A DNA stretch of 61,357 nt, filler included, from Sphacelaria rigidula (Eukaryota), in NCBI GenBank assembly GCA_964200075.2. It is 7 parts of 7 records of this genome, joined end to end, with 100 filler letters (N's around TTAATTAATTAA, not from the genome) between each part and the next. Parts side by side here need not be neighbours in the genome. Positions count along the whole stretch, not along the records: positions 8,782 to 17,462 come from CAXNAA020010400.1; positions 17,563 to 26,242 come from CAXNAA020010401.1; 5 more parts are not named here. The stretch is one strand, 5' to 3'. Under the pieces are notes generated by a model. It was not told where the DNA came from. It worked only from the letters and a program-made list of their open reading frames with translations, and ran no database searches. Shown piece after piece: positions 12,236 through 26,172 of the stretch. Position numbers and translations under genes: made by a program. Positions within the stretch are counted from its first letter, which is position 1. The number at the start of each line of letters is the position of its first letter.

Positions 12236-15200
12236 TCACACCCCAGCCTCCTCTCGTCCAATGGCTTCCTGCATTTCCGCGTGAGCCACCAGTGTCTTGT
12301 GCCGCGCCATTCTCTTGTCTCGTACTCTCTTCAAGCAGCATATGCCCTTGTTGGTTTCGAGAAATACAACGGATAAAGGCCTCGGTCCGCTGTGCGTGCT
12401 ACGTTCGTTCCTCGCGTATCTTGCGGTTTGTGCTCTCATGTGCGAACGGATGTGTGCGATCGTACTCTGGTTCACGTGGGCAGGCAAAGACAAATTCATC
12501 TACCACACATCCGACCGCCTTCAGCGAGTTTGTATCTGTGCCCTTGTTTTCTACGTCCACTCTAGGCCGACGCAGGAATGACTGTCAACATCACGAGCCG
12601 TTCCTCGCATCTCGCATTTTTTCGAGTACAAGAGATGTTATCGATTGCCCTCATCCTGTGAGCTTCATTTGTGCGATTTTGTGACGGCTCTGGTGGGACC
12701 ATAATCGACAGTCGTGGCGACATCATCACGTGCAGTGACGAGAATCACGACGCATGTGGAACACGCGATATAAATTTGTACGGCTGCTTCAACTGCCAGA
12801 ATTCTGTGCCGTACCCAGTTTCACAGCGAACTTTGCACGAACCCAAACGTTCCGTCTTGAAATCACACTCGGGCTAATAACATTACACCCCGATCATCAG
12901 AATCAACTTCCATGTCGCATTCGGCTAGTAAAGAACACTGCCTGAATGAGCGGAGTTTGAACAGTCTGACATAAAAAAAGCGCAATCGGAACGACGAAAC
13001 ACAGGGCCCACTCACCATGAGGAAGTACAGAGCTCCGATGCCAACCATGGTCCACGCGATGACCGTGATGTAGATGCCCGCCATGCCGAGATCTAAATTC
13101 TTCTCGTCCTCCTCTTCCAACACCAGAACCCCCACGCTGCACAATACATCACAGAAGGAGCACCACGTCCGTATATTCAAAGTTTGGCGTGGCGACTTTT
13201 GGTGAGCTTTCCACATTTGAAAAAAAACGACAATGCCACACAACAACAAACAAGCAACGCGATGGACACCACAATAGGTCGATCATGACCGGTTGATAGG
13301 CACACGTGTTGCACAAAGAAGGGAACGGTAAGTAGCACCTGTGCCGTTTCCAGGCATCAACCACCTTACTCCGCACGTTTGTAACAAGGACGTCTTGTTA
13401 CTCTGGGTTTCCGTGGAGAGTTCAGGAAACAACGCCCATCGGAATGTTGGGACAGTGGGTGTGTACAAGCTCAGCAGTAATGCCCGCTGCACGGTCGCTC
13501 GAACGTAAAAGAAATGTCCGCACGCGCCGACAGCACGATTTTGAATACAGAAATACTCGTTTTTCTCCTTCTGGATGAGTAGATGAATGAGAGAAACAAA
13601 CAGGATACGGTATAGATTGGACACATGACTCATGCAGCAATGTAAAGCTAAGTCCAGGGCTGTACCCTGCTTTCAGTGTTGGCACTTACAAGGAATACAA
13701 GACGCCCCTCGGTATCCATGCGTGCAGCACGAACATCTCGCGTACGGTCTGTGTCCACTCCAGCTCGGCGAACACTATCAAGAAACAAAACAGGATCGTG
13801 TAACATCGAACGGCCACTGACTCCGCTTAAGAAATAAGGGCAATGCATAACCGGACAAGGCGGGGCGGGGGATGGGTGCTTACTATATGCCATGTAAGAC
13901 AGGAAGGTTAAATCGGCACCGAGTGCTGTAATTTTCCTCTAGTGTAAATAAAACTCTCACCAAGCAGGAGAAGGAAGATACTGTGGCACGCGGTACTATT
14001 AATAGCATCGTTAACAACACAACAACCTCCACGCAGAAAGCACAGCACCAAATTCGAAAACAACTTAGTCCAGAGTACAAATCGAGGCGAATGTACACGT
14101 GGTGTGTGTGTGCAGCATGCAACCTTTGGTCATGCCCCGAGCTGCAGTGTTGCACAACTCACGTGTTAGCTCGGAGTGGTACGCGAGCACCAACGCTTGC
14201 GCGGCCGCTACTCCGAGAGCAACGATGACGGTGAGAGCATTCAGGGCCAAAAATGAGTCCAGCAAACAGCCCCGCCGCACGGTGCGCACGCCGGAGTACT
14301 GCAGCGTGATGAGGTGCGACGAGGCGTAGGAGACGGAAACGAACTCAGCGGAGTCAAAGTCATTGCCCAATTATATGCCACAGTAACTCGACATTAACCG
14401 CACATGGAGGCAACTTCAGGGCAGGCCTGCAGTCCAGTTCCCTCCGCGGTGACAGGCGTTTTCACGATGGGAATCAGTCAACACTAACCCGTCAAAAGCT
14501 TATTGAGAGTCACACAAATCTGCTACACTTTCACTCTACACCGTCAAATCCTCACCAAAGCTGTGTACGTTACTGTCGGAGAGCGTCTTACACGGCCAAG
14601 TGTCGAGATTTGCGATGATAACTGTGGTGTGGCGGGTCCCATGCGACCGGCGGGAACTGAAGCACGCAAAAAGTTGCACGAACAACAATTCTTCTTGTAA
14701 GGGTAACCATGCCCCATCATGCTGCAACGATGCGGACATGGCGAGCGTGCGAAGCCAAGTCAATTCTACAGAACGCGTCGCAGCATACAGGCTCATGTAA
14801 ATGCACGCTGAGGCGACTTCAGCATGTGTATTGCTGTGTGGCTACTGCTCTGAGTCGATTTGTACAAACAGGCTGAAGCAAAAAATGCATCGTTGTAGGA
14901 CCGACGGGCCGGTCTCAGCTGCCCGTGCAAATTTCATAGGACTCCAAGAAGCCACATGAACAATCAGCGGTTCCTTTTCAGCCACAACCGCTTCAGAGTA
15001 GCTATCGTATCATACGTAGCATATTGCTTACTGCTGCTTCCACACAATGACTTCTAAATAAAGGCACGGTATGCGGATACTGTTCGGATCTCGGTGACTA
15101 CATCCCGTACGGCAGGATACATACTTTCTGCGGTTCGTACTGACCGGTTCCACCCCCCCAAAACGGATTGGATAATTTTGGCAGCACAAGAGGGATCAAG

Positions 15201-15714
15201 CACCAGCCGAAACCCCATGCATCTATATCGAGTGCATACATTCTGCTCGACAGCTTTCCTGCATTGCAACCTTCAACTATGCAGCGCTGCTTCTGCTCGT
15301 GACGTGCCCACTCGGTCTCTGCACATTCATCGCATCTGCCCTAGCTGTGCGAGAAAAGAGAGACAGGAGCGAAGTCCACGCGCGCAAGAAGATGCGGAAC
15401 AAGCACAGCAGTAGCATATTGCGGCCATGCCGAGCTGGCAACCCAGCATACCACCAGGGTGACAATTGATGTATTCAAATCGACGCCATCGTACGCACGT
15501 TTGGAAATTTGTTATCCCTTCATCTCACCCGTCCCAGATCTTCTTCCGAGTAGTCCGAGTCGTAGTCACCATCGCTGTCACCTTCATCGTGACCACCGCC
15601 ATTTGATGTGGATCCGTGGCCCTCCCCCCCTCCCCCGCCTCCCTGCAGCGGAGTTGTTTCTGTCAACAGGGGGTCTAGCGCCCATTTGGGCATGTGCGGG
15701 TCCTCCTCCGTCAT
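12236..15714 (-). CDS. COPI-associated / Golgi TVP15-like multipass membrane protein, complete, 229 aa (exons 15529-15714, 14163-14298, 13690-13825, 13016-13136, 12236-12346)
   Basis: Five exons with consistent phases (0,1,2,0) total 690 nt. The protein has an acidic N-terminus, then LALNALTVIVALGVAAAQALVL...VRCYTILFCFLIVFAELEW...WIPRGVLYSFVGVL...YITVIAWTMVGIGALYFLMGICCL. The RGxxYxFVG motif is typical of COPI_assoc. Confidence 0.82.
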
Positions 15715-17112
15715 GTCTTGGGCGGACGAAGTCTGATCTGATTATTATTCGATGCGCTTGTTGTCTCCAGAGCTGCTGCGGAACAGCAGAACGCAACACG
15801 AGAGAAGGTCCATTGTGCGGGTGGTAGGGATGTTGGGGTAGGCCCGTACGCCGCTGGTCTGACTGCCCGCAGAAAGTTGCCGTCGTTCGATACTCGTACA
15901 TTTCTTGGGATGCGGTGACTGTGGAAATAGGTAGCCTGTGATATATATTAATATATATATTGCACTCAAACCTTGCTGTCGGGATATTGAGAGGAAAACG
16001 AGACCGAGTAAAAACCCGAAGATCGTCCATGACAACGGTGGATGCGAGCAAAGCATGTTGGGTAGCTGTCTAGCATGACGGGAAGGTGCGATGATGCCTG
16101 ATCATAACCATTCGTTTTTTTGCCCATCGTACATGAGGTGGGGTCTACCTTTTTGGTGCTCCGTAGACATGTGTACAATACTAAAACTCGTTTTCGCTGC
16201 AGTACAGGACAGTACAGGACAGTGAGTTCTTAGTATTGGCGGAATGCAGCAGCAAATGTGAAAAAAATGGGCGAGCTGAGGTATCACAGAACGGTACCAG
16301 AATGCGCGGGAAATACCCTAGATATTTCGCAGACGTCCCAGGCGCACTCCCAACTTCATATGCAGTTATCGTAACACGGTTTTGTACATGCAGCCGAAGA
16401 CTTCCCACGCTAGTATCCCGGTTCAGTGCACGGGTACTGATGACATACTATAATAATAGTGGATGCACAGAAAGGCGGCTTTGACCCTAAATTTGCTTCA
16501 CGAATAAATATAGAACATATTTTCAATCGGCGAATTCCGTAAGGGCTTTCATTCGTCATCAATGCTGTGGCACCACCATTATCCGAGAGGCTCCCGTGCG
16601 TTCTTCAAACGGTGTGCATACAGCACCGGGCAGTACAGCACAGTACAAGCAGTAGTACAGCACAAAGCATTCTGGTCAGCGATAAGGGGGCTCACGTGTG
16701 TCTCATCCGTAGAATCGGCATCATCTTCATTTGACACACGAATGAATGTCTCGCGATACCAGACACGGCCATTCATCTGCGGGTTATCAAGTGGTTGTAT
16801 GTCGGTATTGCGCAGGGGCGTTTTATTTACTTTCATGGGCTGATGATCGCCCCGGCATCCTTCGCGGATGATGACCAAATATCGCGCGTTCCCGGTGGAG
16901 TCTGCACACATAACCCTTTGATACGATAAAAGAGACCAGCACTCGGCAAGCACAAGCGACTGGAGAAACTATTGCGATGTGTAATTAGGTGTGTACGTTA
17001 GGTGAAGAGCAAAGTACGGGCATCATTTGGAGTAGTTTGAGCTGGCATGTGACGAGTGAGACCGAAATATATCGTTGGTCTTGATTCGAACCCTCTCCAC
17101 CCCCACCCCCTC

Positions 17113-17462
17113 AGCCTGGTCCGGCGAGAACCTGGCGTGCTCCGTCCCGGCTTTGTAGGGGCGGACTCCCCATGAGGTTGGCATCGGTCGGCGATGGCGC
17201 TACAAAACACACCGCTCACTGCGTAAGCTAGGCAACCAGGTTCCCGTTTCTTTTTTGCGCGCTTGCGTTTTTTTTGCGGTAACCATGATGGTAGTCGAGC
17301 TGTATCATGTTGTGCGGCGTGGGAGAACCTCATCTCCGCACAATAGGGATGATCGTACTACGTAGTGTTCACATGGTGAGACACTGATGAGGCAGTGCAT
17401 AAGCTGTGGCTGTCTCAGGAAGTGGCGATACCGGAAAGTAAAGCAAGTCATCGGAGGCTGTC
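17113..17462 (-). mobile_element. Fragments of the type-B G-tract element (subterminal and internal sequence)
   Basis: 17113-17160 matches the B subterminus. 17215-17462 aligns with 36530-36780. Confidence 0.7.
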
Positions 17463-17562
17463 NNNNNNNNNNNNNNNNNNNNNNNNNNNNNNNNNNNNNN
17501 NNNNNNTTAATTAATTAANNNNNNNNNNNNNNNNNNNNNNNNNNNNNNNNNNNNNNNNNNNN
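17463..17562. other. Artificial contig linker
   Basis: N44-TTAATTAATTAA-N44. Confidence 0.99.
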
Positions 17563-17766
17563 CCCAGCTTTGTAGGGATGCGAGGTCAATGGTCTTACGA
17601 TTATGGCATGCATGATCATGAGTACACCCCCCCCAGTATAGCGATCGTTTTCTCGCTACTATCCAATGTACCATACTTTTTCGTGGGAGGGGGGGGGGGC
17701 GCATTCATTTGTTGCTTGCCTGCGTCGTTTAACCATTGACCACGCTTCCCTTTCGACACGGAGCAT
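17563..17766. mobile_element. Back-to-back G-tract element ends: type B (-, 17563-17633) and type A (+, 17690-17766)
   Basis: ...GCATGCATGATCATGAGTACACCCCCCCC is followed by GGGGGGGGGGCGCATTCATTTGTTGCTTGCC... Confidence 0.75.
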
Positions 17767-18300
17767 CTAGGGGGCCGGTGGGGACTCGAGGGCAGCTTTA
17801 TGGCTAACACGTAACTAATAACACTACCCGAACGTCATCTAATATGTACAACTTCATATTCTACTCCCGAAGATGATTCTGATAAACGAGCCACAAGTGT
17901 AAAATTCTCTCTCACACACACGACAAAAACGAGTGATACTCAAGGTTATAGATGTTCAGAGTACTGTACATACAGAAAAGCACAGCACAGACGTGCTACG
18001 GCAGAAACAAATTGTGAATACATGGTAAACGCTTCTCCTATTTCTGCAAGACCCATTTAGTTCATCCATTTAGAATGGACAAGCGGAATCAGTTCTTTTT
18101 TTTCTCCTTCTCAAACCAAAAAAGAAAAATGATCGAACTACAGGAAGGGCGTACCGATTGTAAAGTGGACAAATAAAGGTCCGTCCGTTCGCCTGAAAGC
18201 ACCCAAGAACTGCATGCCAATAGAGTCGCGCGTACGCATTGGTCATGAAAATGGTTGTCAGAGCATTCTCGGAAATTTAGGACTTTGAACTGACGCCGAC

Positions 18301-18340
18301 GCTAACCCTTACCCTTACCCTAACCCTGACCCCGACCCAA
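18301..18340 (+). repeat. Degenerate interstitial telomere-like (CCCTAA)n tract
   Basis: CTAACCCTTACCCTTACCCTAACCCTGACCCCGACCCAA. Confidence 0.55.
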
Positions 18341-19810
18341 GCCATACGAGAACCCTCGGGCAAGGGGAGTGCAAAAGTTGCTCTAGGCAAAGTGTACGTT
18401 GCAAGACCTTAATTCCGCGCCCACCTGCAGCGCCGATTTGGACAAAAGCACGTTTTGGGCAAGCTAGTAGCACATGGGACTGTCACCCCCACTAAAGACT
18501 AGAATATTGGTGTTCAATCTATAATCAAGTAACAAGCCATTTGAATATGTAATCCGCGGATAAATGACACACACGAATACACGCACGCGTACCCGCCGTC
18601 AAAAAAAGACAACAACAAACAAGACGCTGTATGTTATGTGACGCACGTGGCATGAAATAAAAAATAAAAAAAGGAAAACAAAACGCCCGATATTCTGCTT
18701 CCGTTCATGACTACTGCTGAGAGAGTGCCTGGCCCCCATTCTCCTTCCACTGTATCCGCTTCCTCTGCTCCACAACGCACAAGATTGATTAAAAAAAAAA
18801 AAGCAGCAGCGAGTTCAAGGCTGAGCTTTTTTGTCGACTCTCTGCCGTAGATAATAATTATACACATAAGACAGATCACATTCCGCGATCAAGACGTGAG
18901 ACTCGGCGTTTTGCACACGTACGTCATGAACGGAACATCTAGTGTCCGCATATCCGTAGAGTTCCTTGACGAGCATGTACGGGGTTCCGAGCAAAAACGA
19001 ATCAGGGCGGGCAGGAAGCTTCCCTAATGGTGCAGAGGAAGTAGACAAAGAACATAACGCAGCACAGACCAACTTTACGACAGGTTTGAAAAACGACACA
19101 CTATCGCGCGCCGGTATATTTTATCGTTCTGTCCTGTCCTACGTATTTTGTTCTACTCTATTCTGTTCTACTCTGTTTCATCTCACTCTGTTCTATCATC
19201 AGTGCGGTACTTTGACTGACGCTTTCAACCACAAAGCTGTCGGGATCTTTTACTGAACGTAGTAGCACTCGTACATGAAACAAAAAAGACAAAAAGACAA
19301 GAAAACAGGCACCGTGCGTTAAGCCCAAGCTGTCACCAACATCCGTGAATACCATCACAAAATTGTGGTTGTCAAAACTCGGAACCCTAAAACTCTAAAC
19401 CCTCAGACTAAGCCTCACACCGATCAAAGGTACCTCAGGAACCCGCGCGAAGAGAGGGTTCAGAGGGCCTCGCAGGCAAAGCGTGCGCTGGTAGAGCTCT
19501 AATCACCGCCTACGGTGCCGATTTCAGCGAAAACGCGTGCTGGCCATGCTGGGCGCGCACCAGGGACTATCAGTCCCCAAAAGATCCGAATGTGACTATC
19601 AACACTGGAACCACCTACAAGATATTACCATTTTTCAACCAATGGGTGTGACGAAGGTTGGGGTAGACCCTACTCAAAAAAAAAAGTTCATCAAGTAACG
19701 AAACGCTCGTGCTGGCATACAGACGGACGGACTCAGCACGATCAAAATACGTCGCAGTCGAAGGCGGGGTGGGAAAAGACAAAATCAAAATTAATAGCGG
19801 ATTAACTTGC

Positions 19811-20069
19811 CTCGTGGGTGCGGGAGAGGAAAGCATCATACACCGTCATCTGCCCCATCTTCCACACCGGCAACGTCGCGTACACTCTTGCACGCATTCC
19901 GAGCTTGCCGAAGGCATACGGAAGTGCCTGTTTCCAGCGAGGCACGGAAAAATCACAGGATGCACAAACATGGCGAAACAGGACGGAAACATATGCATGG
20001 ATTGAGTTGGGGGTTATAATATCAGATGCTATGCTGTTTTTTATCGTTGCTTCGGTATATACTTCGAAG

Positions 20070-20101
<32 letters not shown>

Positions 20102-20572
20102 CGCGTATGGGTGTGCATCAGACGAAGGACGCGACGAAGGAGCTAACCACAAAGATTGAATTATTTGAAATGAACAGCCAAACTGATGAGAGAGACTGGA
20201 AAGTTAGCTTGTAATAATGTGCGAGTCGGGTGTTGTATTTTTGTCATACGAGATAAATGTCCTCAAGATCAAGCATCAACTTAAGAGCTTGTGAGTGATA
20301 TTTTCTACCCGAACAGTGTGGTCCTTGGTTATCTGAGTTGTGTGATGCTTGGATAACTCAGTCGCAACCTGCTTTCACAACCTTGTTTTGCTCTGTTCTG
20401 GGACGGCCTCCTCACCTCAAGCCATGCGGTAGAGGCCCGTGACGGGGGGGGGGGGGGGCCCCGGGGGGTCCTCCTTTTTTGCTTTCCTTAGTTGTTCGAC
20501 CCCTGACCATCACGCCCTTTCGAGACGGAGCNNNNNNNNGTGTGTGGGGGTGGGGGTGGCCGGGGTGGGGGT

Positions 20573-20616
<44 letters not shown>

Positions 20617-22259
20617 ACGGGGGGTACTCATTTGTTGCTTGCCTTAGTCGTTCGACCACTGACCATGCATCCCGTTCGAGACGGAGCACCGTTCCTACTC
20701 CTAATAGAGACACCTCCAACATCTGGGCGTTCATTACGCTTCTTCCCGGGGGAGGGGTCATACTCATTTGTTGCTTGCCTTAGTCGTTTGCCCATTGACC
20801 TTCCAGGGGAAGGTTACTCATGATCCTGCATGCCAAAGTCATAATGATCGTTGAGCTCGCACCCCTACAGAGCCGGGAAGGACCACGCCGGGATTTCGCT
20901 GGATCAGGCTCACTATCTTACTACCAAGCGCGAAACGCCGTGATGTGTTCGGCGAGTCGCACGAGGATTAAGCTGCATCCTGCTAAGACAGATGATTACA
21001 GCATAGTAAAATTGAGGGCAAATACAAAAACAGCATATGACAGGGCCGTCCAGCACAGTGCAGTACTTTACACCAAGTACAGAGCCGAACATACAGCATA
21101 GAATACACAACGGCACGTGATCGTACAGAGCAACTACTCAGCGTAGCACACTCTGAAACAGTACGGTACGGTGCAGCACAGCACAAGGCATCGCATGAAC
21201 TGTACAGTCAGCGTAGCACTATGCTGCACGCGACGAGCAATTCAAGTTAGGTGTACATGAACGGTGTATATGTACCACAGATCACACATCACTCCATGGT
21301 AGGTAGTGCACGGTTCTTGTTCGACCGGCCATCACTCCCGTCAGGAACGAATGCAGCTACGCCGTAGGAAGCTTAGGGTCAGCATAGGCTACGATAACGC
21401 ATGTATTACTCACACCACGCACCGTCTGAATGTTTCATGTTCGTACATGTCGCACACCATAAAACGTGAAAAAAAATAAAAAATGAGAGCGTAATGCAGT
21501 TCGATTGATGCGGGCTGCCACGACCTTCGCGTGCTGTCAGCAAATGATGAGAGTGAAGATATCATCAACACGCGTGAAGAACGGACTAAGCGAGCTGTGC
21601 CCACTGCCACTACGCTACTACACTCGGCGACTGGGATACTGCCTGGCCAGACGCGAGGCAAGCCTCACAGCGACGCAAAGGGCCGACACAATAATCCGCA
21701 GTCTATTCCATTGTACCCCGGAACACAGGGGGGTGAGAAGTCTGATAGACCACTCTCAATCAGCCTGGGGTGAGACAACGAGTTGCCGCACAAGGAGCGT
21801 GTTGGTATATGTCTGGATCACAACAGCTGTACAGCTACAGCTGCATGGCTATGGTACAACGATGCACGTTCAGAGTAGAGTGCAAGCATAGAGCTCTGCA
21901 AACCCTACCTCCTGAGACACGATGCTTGAGCACACAAGACATGTGGGCATGATGGAGTAAACACTACAATGGAGTGAACACCAACCCCTCCATCAGATTT
22001 GAAACACGGCAGCTTAGTAGAGTGAGTGCATCACAGACCAGCACTCCACAAGATGTTGGTTGCCATCGCGCAATGGTACAGCCACGGCATATAGCACGAT
22101 CACAAGACTCAAGGTTGTGCTTACGCCGAGGTGTTCCAGATCTGGGTGAGAGATGAGTACGAGGTCGATGCGCTTCACAACGGCACGAAGAGGCTCAAGC
22201 AACGCCGTATCGAAGTAGATGTCCCATCCGCAGTCTAGCATGATCGTCACTCCCCCCAC
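19811..22259 (-). CDS. CPSF2: Cleavage and polyadenylation specificity factor subunit 2 (CPSF100), two internal exons (22125-22259, 19811-19927); partial
   Basis: [76 protein letters not shown] carries the LDCGWD, SHPDxxHLGALPY and YATxPVxKMGQM motifs of CPSF100. Confidence 0.92.
20463..20985 (+). mobile_element. Stack of G-tract element ends (A 20463-20531, A 20619-20745, A 20748-20800, B 20806-20985)
   Basis: Four tandem copies, each beginning at a G-run + (GT)ACTCAT-like terminus and truncated at different internal points. Confidence 0.8.
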
Positions 22260-22374
22260 CTGAGGGCACGATTTAGTTGTAGCAAAGAACGATCCGGTAA
22301 AGTTCGAGGGGGGGGGTTAGCAAAGAAATGGAAGAAGAAGAACGGACAGGCAGATGGATAAAGAGACAGAGGGG

Positions 22375-22403
22375 GAAACAGACAGACAGACAGACAGACA
22401 GAC

Positions 22404-22438
<35 letters not shown>

Positions 22439-22465
22439 TGGACAGATAAAGAGATAGATAGACGG
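22375..22465 (+). repeat. (GACA/GATA)n microsatellite
   Basis: Direct tetranucleotide repeat. Confidence 0.9.
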
Positions 22466-23764
22466 ACGGCCAGAGAAAAAGGAGTGAACATGCCGAGGTC
22501 GTGCGGGGGCCACGTAAGTATACCCCATCGTACCCGCGATACTGGGCAAAAAATGCTTGCGATGGTAGCCATGATAGTGTACAGGTACTGCGGGGGCGTG
22601 TTTCGGTGAATAATTGCAACGCATAAGATTTTGGTCAGAAAACGTGGGTCAACGAACTGTTAGCAGACAGAGTTTCTCCCATTCTTGCAGCGCGGGGTTG
22701 CTCCATCATGCACCGCTCGCGATCGTTTGCGATCGCCAGCGGGGTAAGTGTTGGGTTGGGTTTCCTCCTTCCATCGAAGAAAGAAAAAAAAAGGCTTGCG
22801 ACCCACAGCATGGCACACAAAACCTGGTTGTATCCCCAGATAGTCCATGAATTCACCTGTTCATCGCATCACAGACTATAGCTCTTGTTTGATGGCAACA
22901 GTCACGTTCGCCCACTGCGTCTCACTGCCCGAGGACACGCTCCGCGTACAGATACCAAGCCACCGGTACGGCTTACGCTGCTGATCACTCGGGCGTGGGC
23001 CAAACGGTTGTCATCTTGGTTGGAGGCTCGATTTTCTGAAACGGATAGAACTTATCTTGCTGTGAGTTCCCTGGTGGCCCGCACATCAGCCCTCGCTAGT
23101 TGACAGTAATATTGGACTACGACGGCGAGTACGAGGTAACGTGCATGTCAAAGTGCATGCAAACGCCGTTGGCTGTGTGGTCTATTGGATTGTGCATTCG
23201 GATGTAGCAGTTGCATGGAATTAGGCAGTGTCGGGATGTCAAAAACGAACCTTGCAGAGGTGTTTTTAGTATAGTGAGATAGGGCACAAATACGGCTCAA
23301 GGTTTCAGGTACAGTACTCTGGAAAGCTCGGTACTGCAGTGGTTTCTCTGCTCGGTACCACAGGTACCGTGGAATACCATACTCGGTACTGCCACACACT
23401 GAGAGCCCAGGAGGTGTCCTGCAGCACGGTACCCTACGAGTACTCTTGAGTATTTTTTAAAAACTCGAAGAAAAAGTGTTCATTTAGTGCCGTTTATCGA
23501 GCCGTCTTACAACATGCCGCATTTTGGTGGGAAACACGAGGCATCAAGGCGCCACCGTTATGGTATAGGGTCACATGTAGGATGTATTCACCGCTACTCT
23601 ACAAGGAGTGCAACCCTTACTGATAGGCACTGATGACGGGTGCTGCATGTACTGCTGTTTCAGTGAAAACGTACGAAAATACACCGAAATGGTCAATCAT
23701 GCGCGCTATTCCAAAGCTCTTGCGCGCGGGTCTGAGATGTTTCACGTTTTGACACGAGGATTTG

Positions 23765-23794
23765 CAACAACAACAACAACAACAACAACAACAC
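23765..23794 (+). repeat. (CAA)n microsatellite
   Basis: About 9 units. Confidence 0.9.
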
Positions 23795-24524
23795 TGTACT
23801 AGTGAGACTTTTGTCATCCCCTTATCCCAACCATCGAATGAACGCCGTCCGTGTAGAGGCCTTCAGTTTTCGCAAGGATTGCGACAATTAACTTTTTGAC
23901 CGCACGCCCTCTCAGAACCACCACGATGACTGCTATTGGTGAGATTCGAAGTTAAGGACGTTGGCAATAACCAACACGATTGTGTGCTGGGGGTCATTCC
24001 CGGCGGCGGCCAAAGGCCAGAAAGTTCTAATTTGCATTTGATTGTAGCAGACAAACAATAGTTTTCGCCCATATTTCCGTTTCTCCGCATAAATTGGAAG
24101 AAATCAAGCGCACGTACCGCCTACACTCTGCCAACAGGGGGATCGCGTCGGGGCGCCTCGTGATCATCCCGGCGAAAATGCTCGAACTAAATCAGATTCC
24201 AAAGCGCAGCGTGAGTTGTTTTGCGAAGTGTTTCCCATGACGGTAATTTCATTGTTTCCGTCGCCGTCAGGGATGACGACGAGAAAATAGAGGCGGCAAG
24301 CGGAGTGATAGGCACCAATCGAAACTAAGGTTATGTTCCTCTACGAGGAGACTAGACCGTAATCGTGACTCGGGTATTTCGCAGCCAAGCCACATTTTAC
24401 CATTTTCGCTAGCGATCACTGAGTGGTTCACGCACATGAAAGGTGATGTTGTGCAACAATCGCCACCTGCCCTTCCTCGACTGGCAAGATAGCTGCACCA
24501 AAGACATGGTACAGAGCGCGATCG

Positions 24525-24559
<35 letters not shown>

Positions 24560-26172
24560 ACACACACCCCGCAAACACCACATACCAACACACAGACANN
24601 NNNNNNNNTGTGTAAACAACCCCCCCCGCCCCCTCCCCCCCGGCGAAAATGACCCCCCCAAAACAATGGAAAGAGGCCCGTCCCCCCCCCCCCCCCCCTC
24701 CCTCCCCCTTGCCTACGATAGCTAGGGTTGTGAACTATTTCGAACAAGCACTCAACTGGTTGGTTGAAACGCATTTCAACCAGTTACAGTCACTAGTTGA
24801 ACGTGGATAACTGGCGGCTTCGCCGCTGCTCGCTGCCCCGCGACTCCTCTGGCGTTACCTGGAAAGGCAACTAACGCGGCGGAGTCACGCTAACAGCCTC
24901 CCCCTATCTGGTGAGGGGGTCCTGCCGGAAGTGTCGCCATAGGCAACAAAAATATACCTCCTTGGCTTCAAATCTCTTCAAAATTATGTTGAATTATAGC
25001 CTGTACGCAAAGGCACTTCGAGCGCGCAATCGGTGCAAAAACGGAGGAAGAGATAATTTATTGAAAATCCCATGTATTTTTTTTCTCAAGGTGGTGAAAT
25101 GCTCGGTAACGCTGCCCGCGTTGTTATCAAGGCCTGAAAACGGCCCAGAAACTGGCGCGAAAGCGCGAGAGAATGTGGTAACACCAGTCATAACGTTCTT
25201 GCATAAATGCACAATGATATTGGGCAGTAGGCGTTTCAGCGTTTGCTATATATTTTCTATAACTATACCGCACTGTGTATGAAACAGGCAACACTGCAGA
25301 CAGTTTAGTCTACCTTTACTGCTATTCCCTTGTTACACGTACTGTCTACACCATAGTACGGCGTATATTTCCGTCGGATTTTGCCGCCTCCAAGCCCGGC
25401 CTGAGGCGGGGCCTTCGAAACCGCTCATGTTCGGTGCATACTTACTCGGCAAGAGGTTCATGTTCCGGAGAGCTGCTTAGTGATCCATGTACGCATGAAC
25501 GTAGTTTTGGGAACCGCGTCGCTTTTTTCGTCTTCCTGGAGCGCGATTTTCGAGCCAAGCGTGCAAACACTTCAAGTGCGCACTGTTTCCCCCTCAAAAA
25601 TTGACCGACGCGCCCATGACAAGGCCGGCGCCGTTCCCAGCGTCTCGGGCGCAGGAACGTGTTCGTGCGTAAGAGCGCGCGCTACGTGGCGTATGTAGCG
25701 AGAAAGTTTGGGTTGAAATTGTTGTTCTAGCGCGCATATTAACGGATTTGGAAGCTTGTCCAAGCAGGCCCTTCGCCCAGGGTGGGACGGGGACGGCTCT
25801 ATTGAGAGAACACATGACTTATGCCCAAACAAACAAAAAAGGCACGCCAATCAAGTCTGCACCGTGCCTCTCAAATCCTGCTAGTGTAGGAGGCAGATAA
25901 TGACGCCATGACAGCCCCCCCCCAAAACAAACAGCCCCACAACTGTCACGAAAAAAATAGCCATACTGAGACTACTACCCCGGGGTATGGGAGAAGTAGT
26001 CTCGGGAGTCACGGACTTGGCCGTGTGACGTGCCTAGACAGTTCGTTATTTTGTGGAGGAGACGAGAGGCTGGAGTTGAGAAGTGATGTCGAGGGAGTGC
26101 TGGGAGAGGCAACGCCGCGAGTTGGAGTATGACTTACTCCGTAGACAGGAGGGACATTGACCCGAGAGGATG

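Noticed and set aside
12399..12518. Alternative last exon AVGCVVDEF... for the COPI-associated gene
   Set aside because: Poor acceptor; the GICCLKRVR exon at 12236-12346 fits the family pattern better.
13960..13979. Possible 20-nt micro-exon IFLLLL
   Set aside because: Phase incompatible; exon 13690-13825 already supplies that helix.
20463..20985. Repeat-spacer-like array
   Set aside because: The units are variably truncated, diverged mobile-element ends with no constant spacer length and no cas genes; eukaryotic context.
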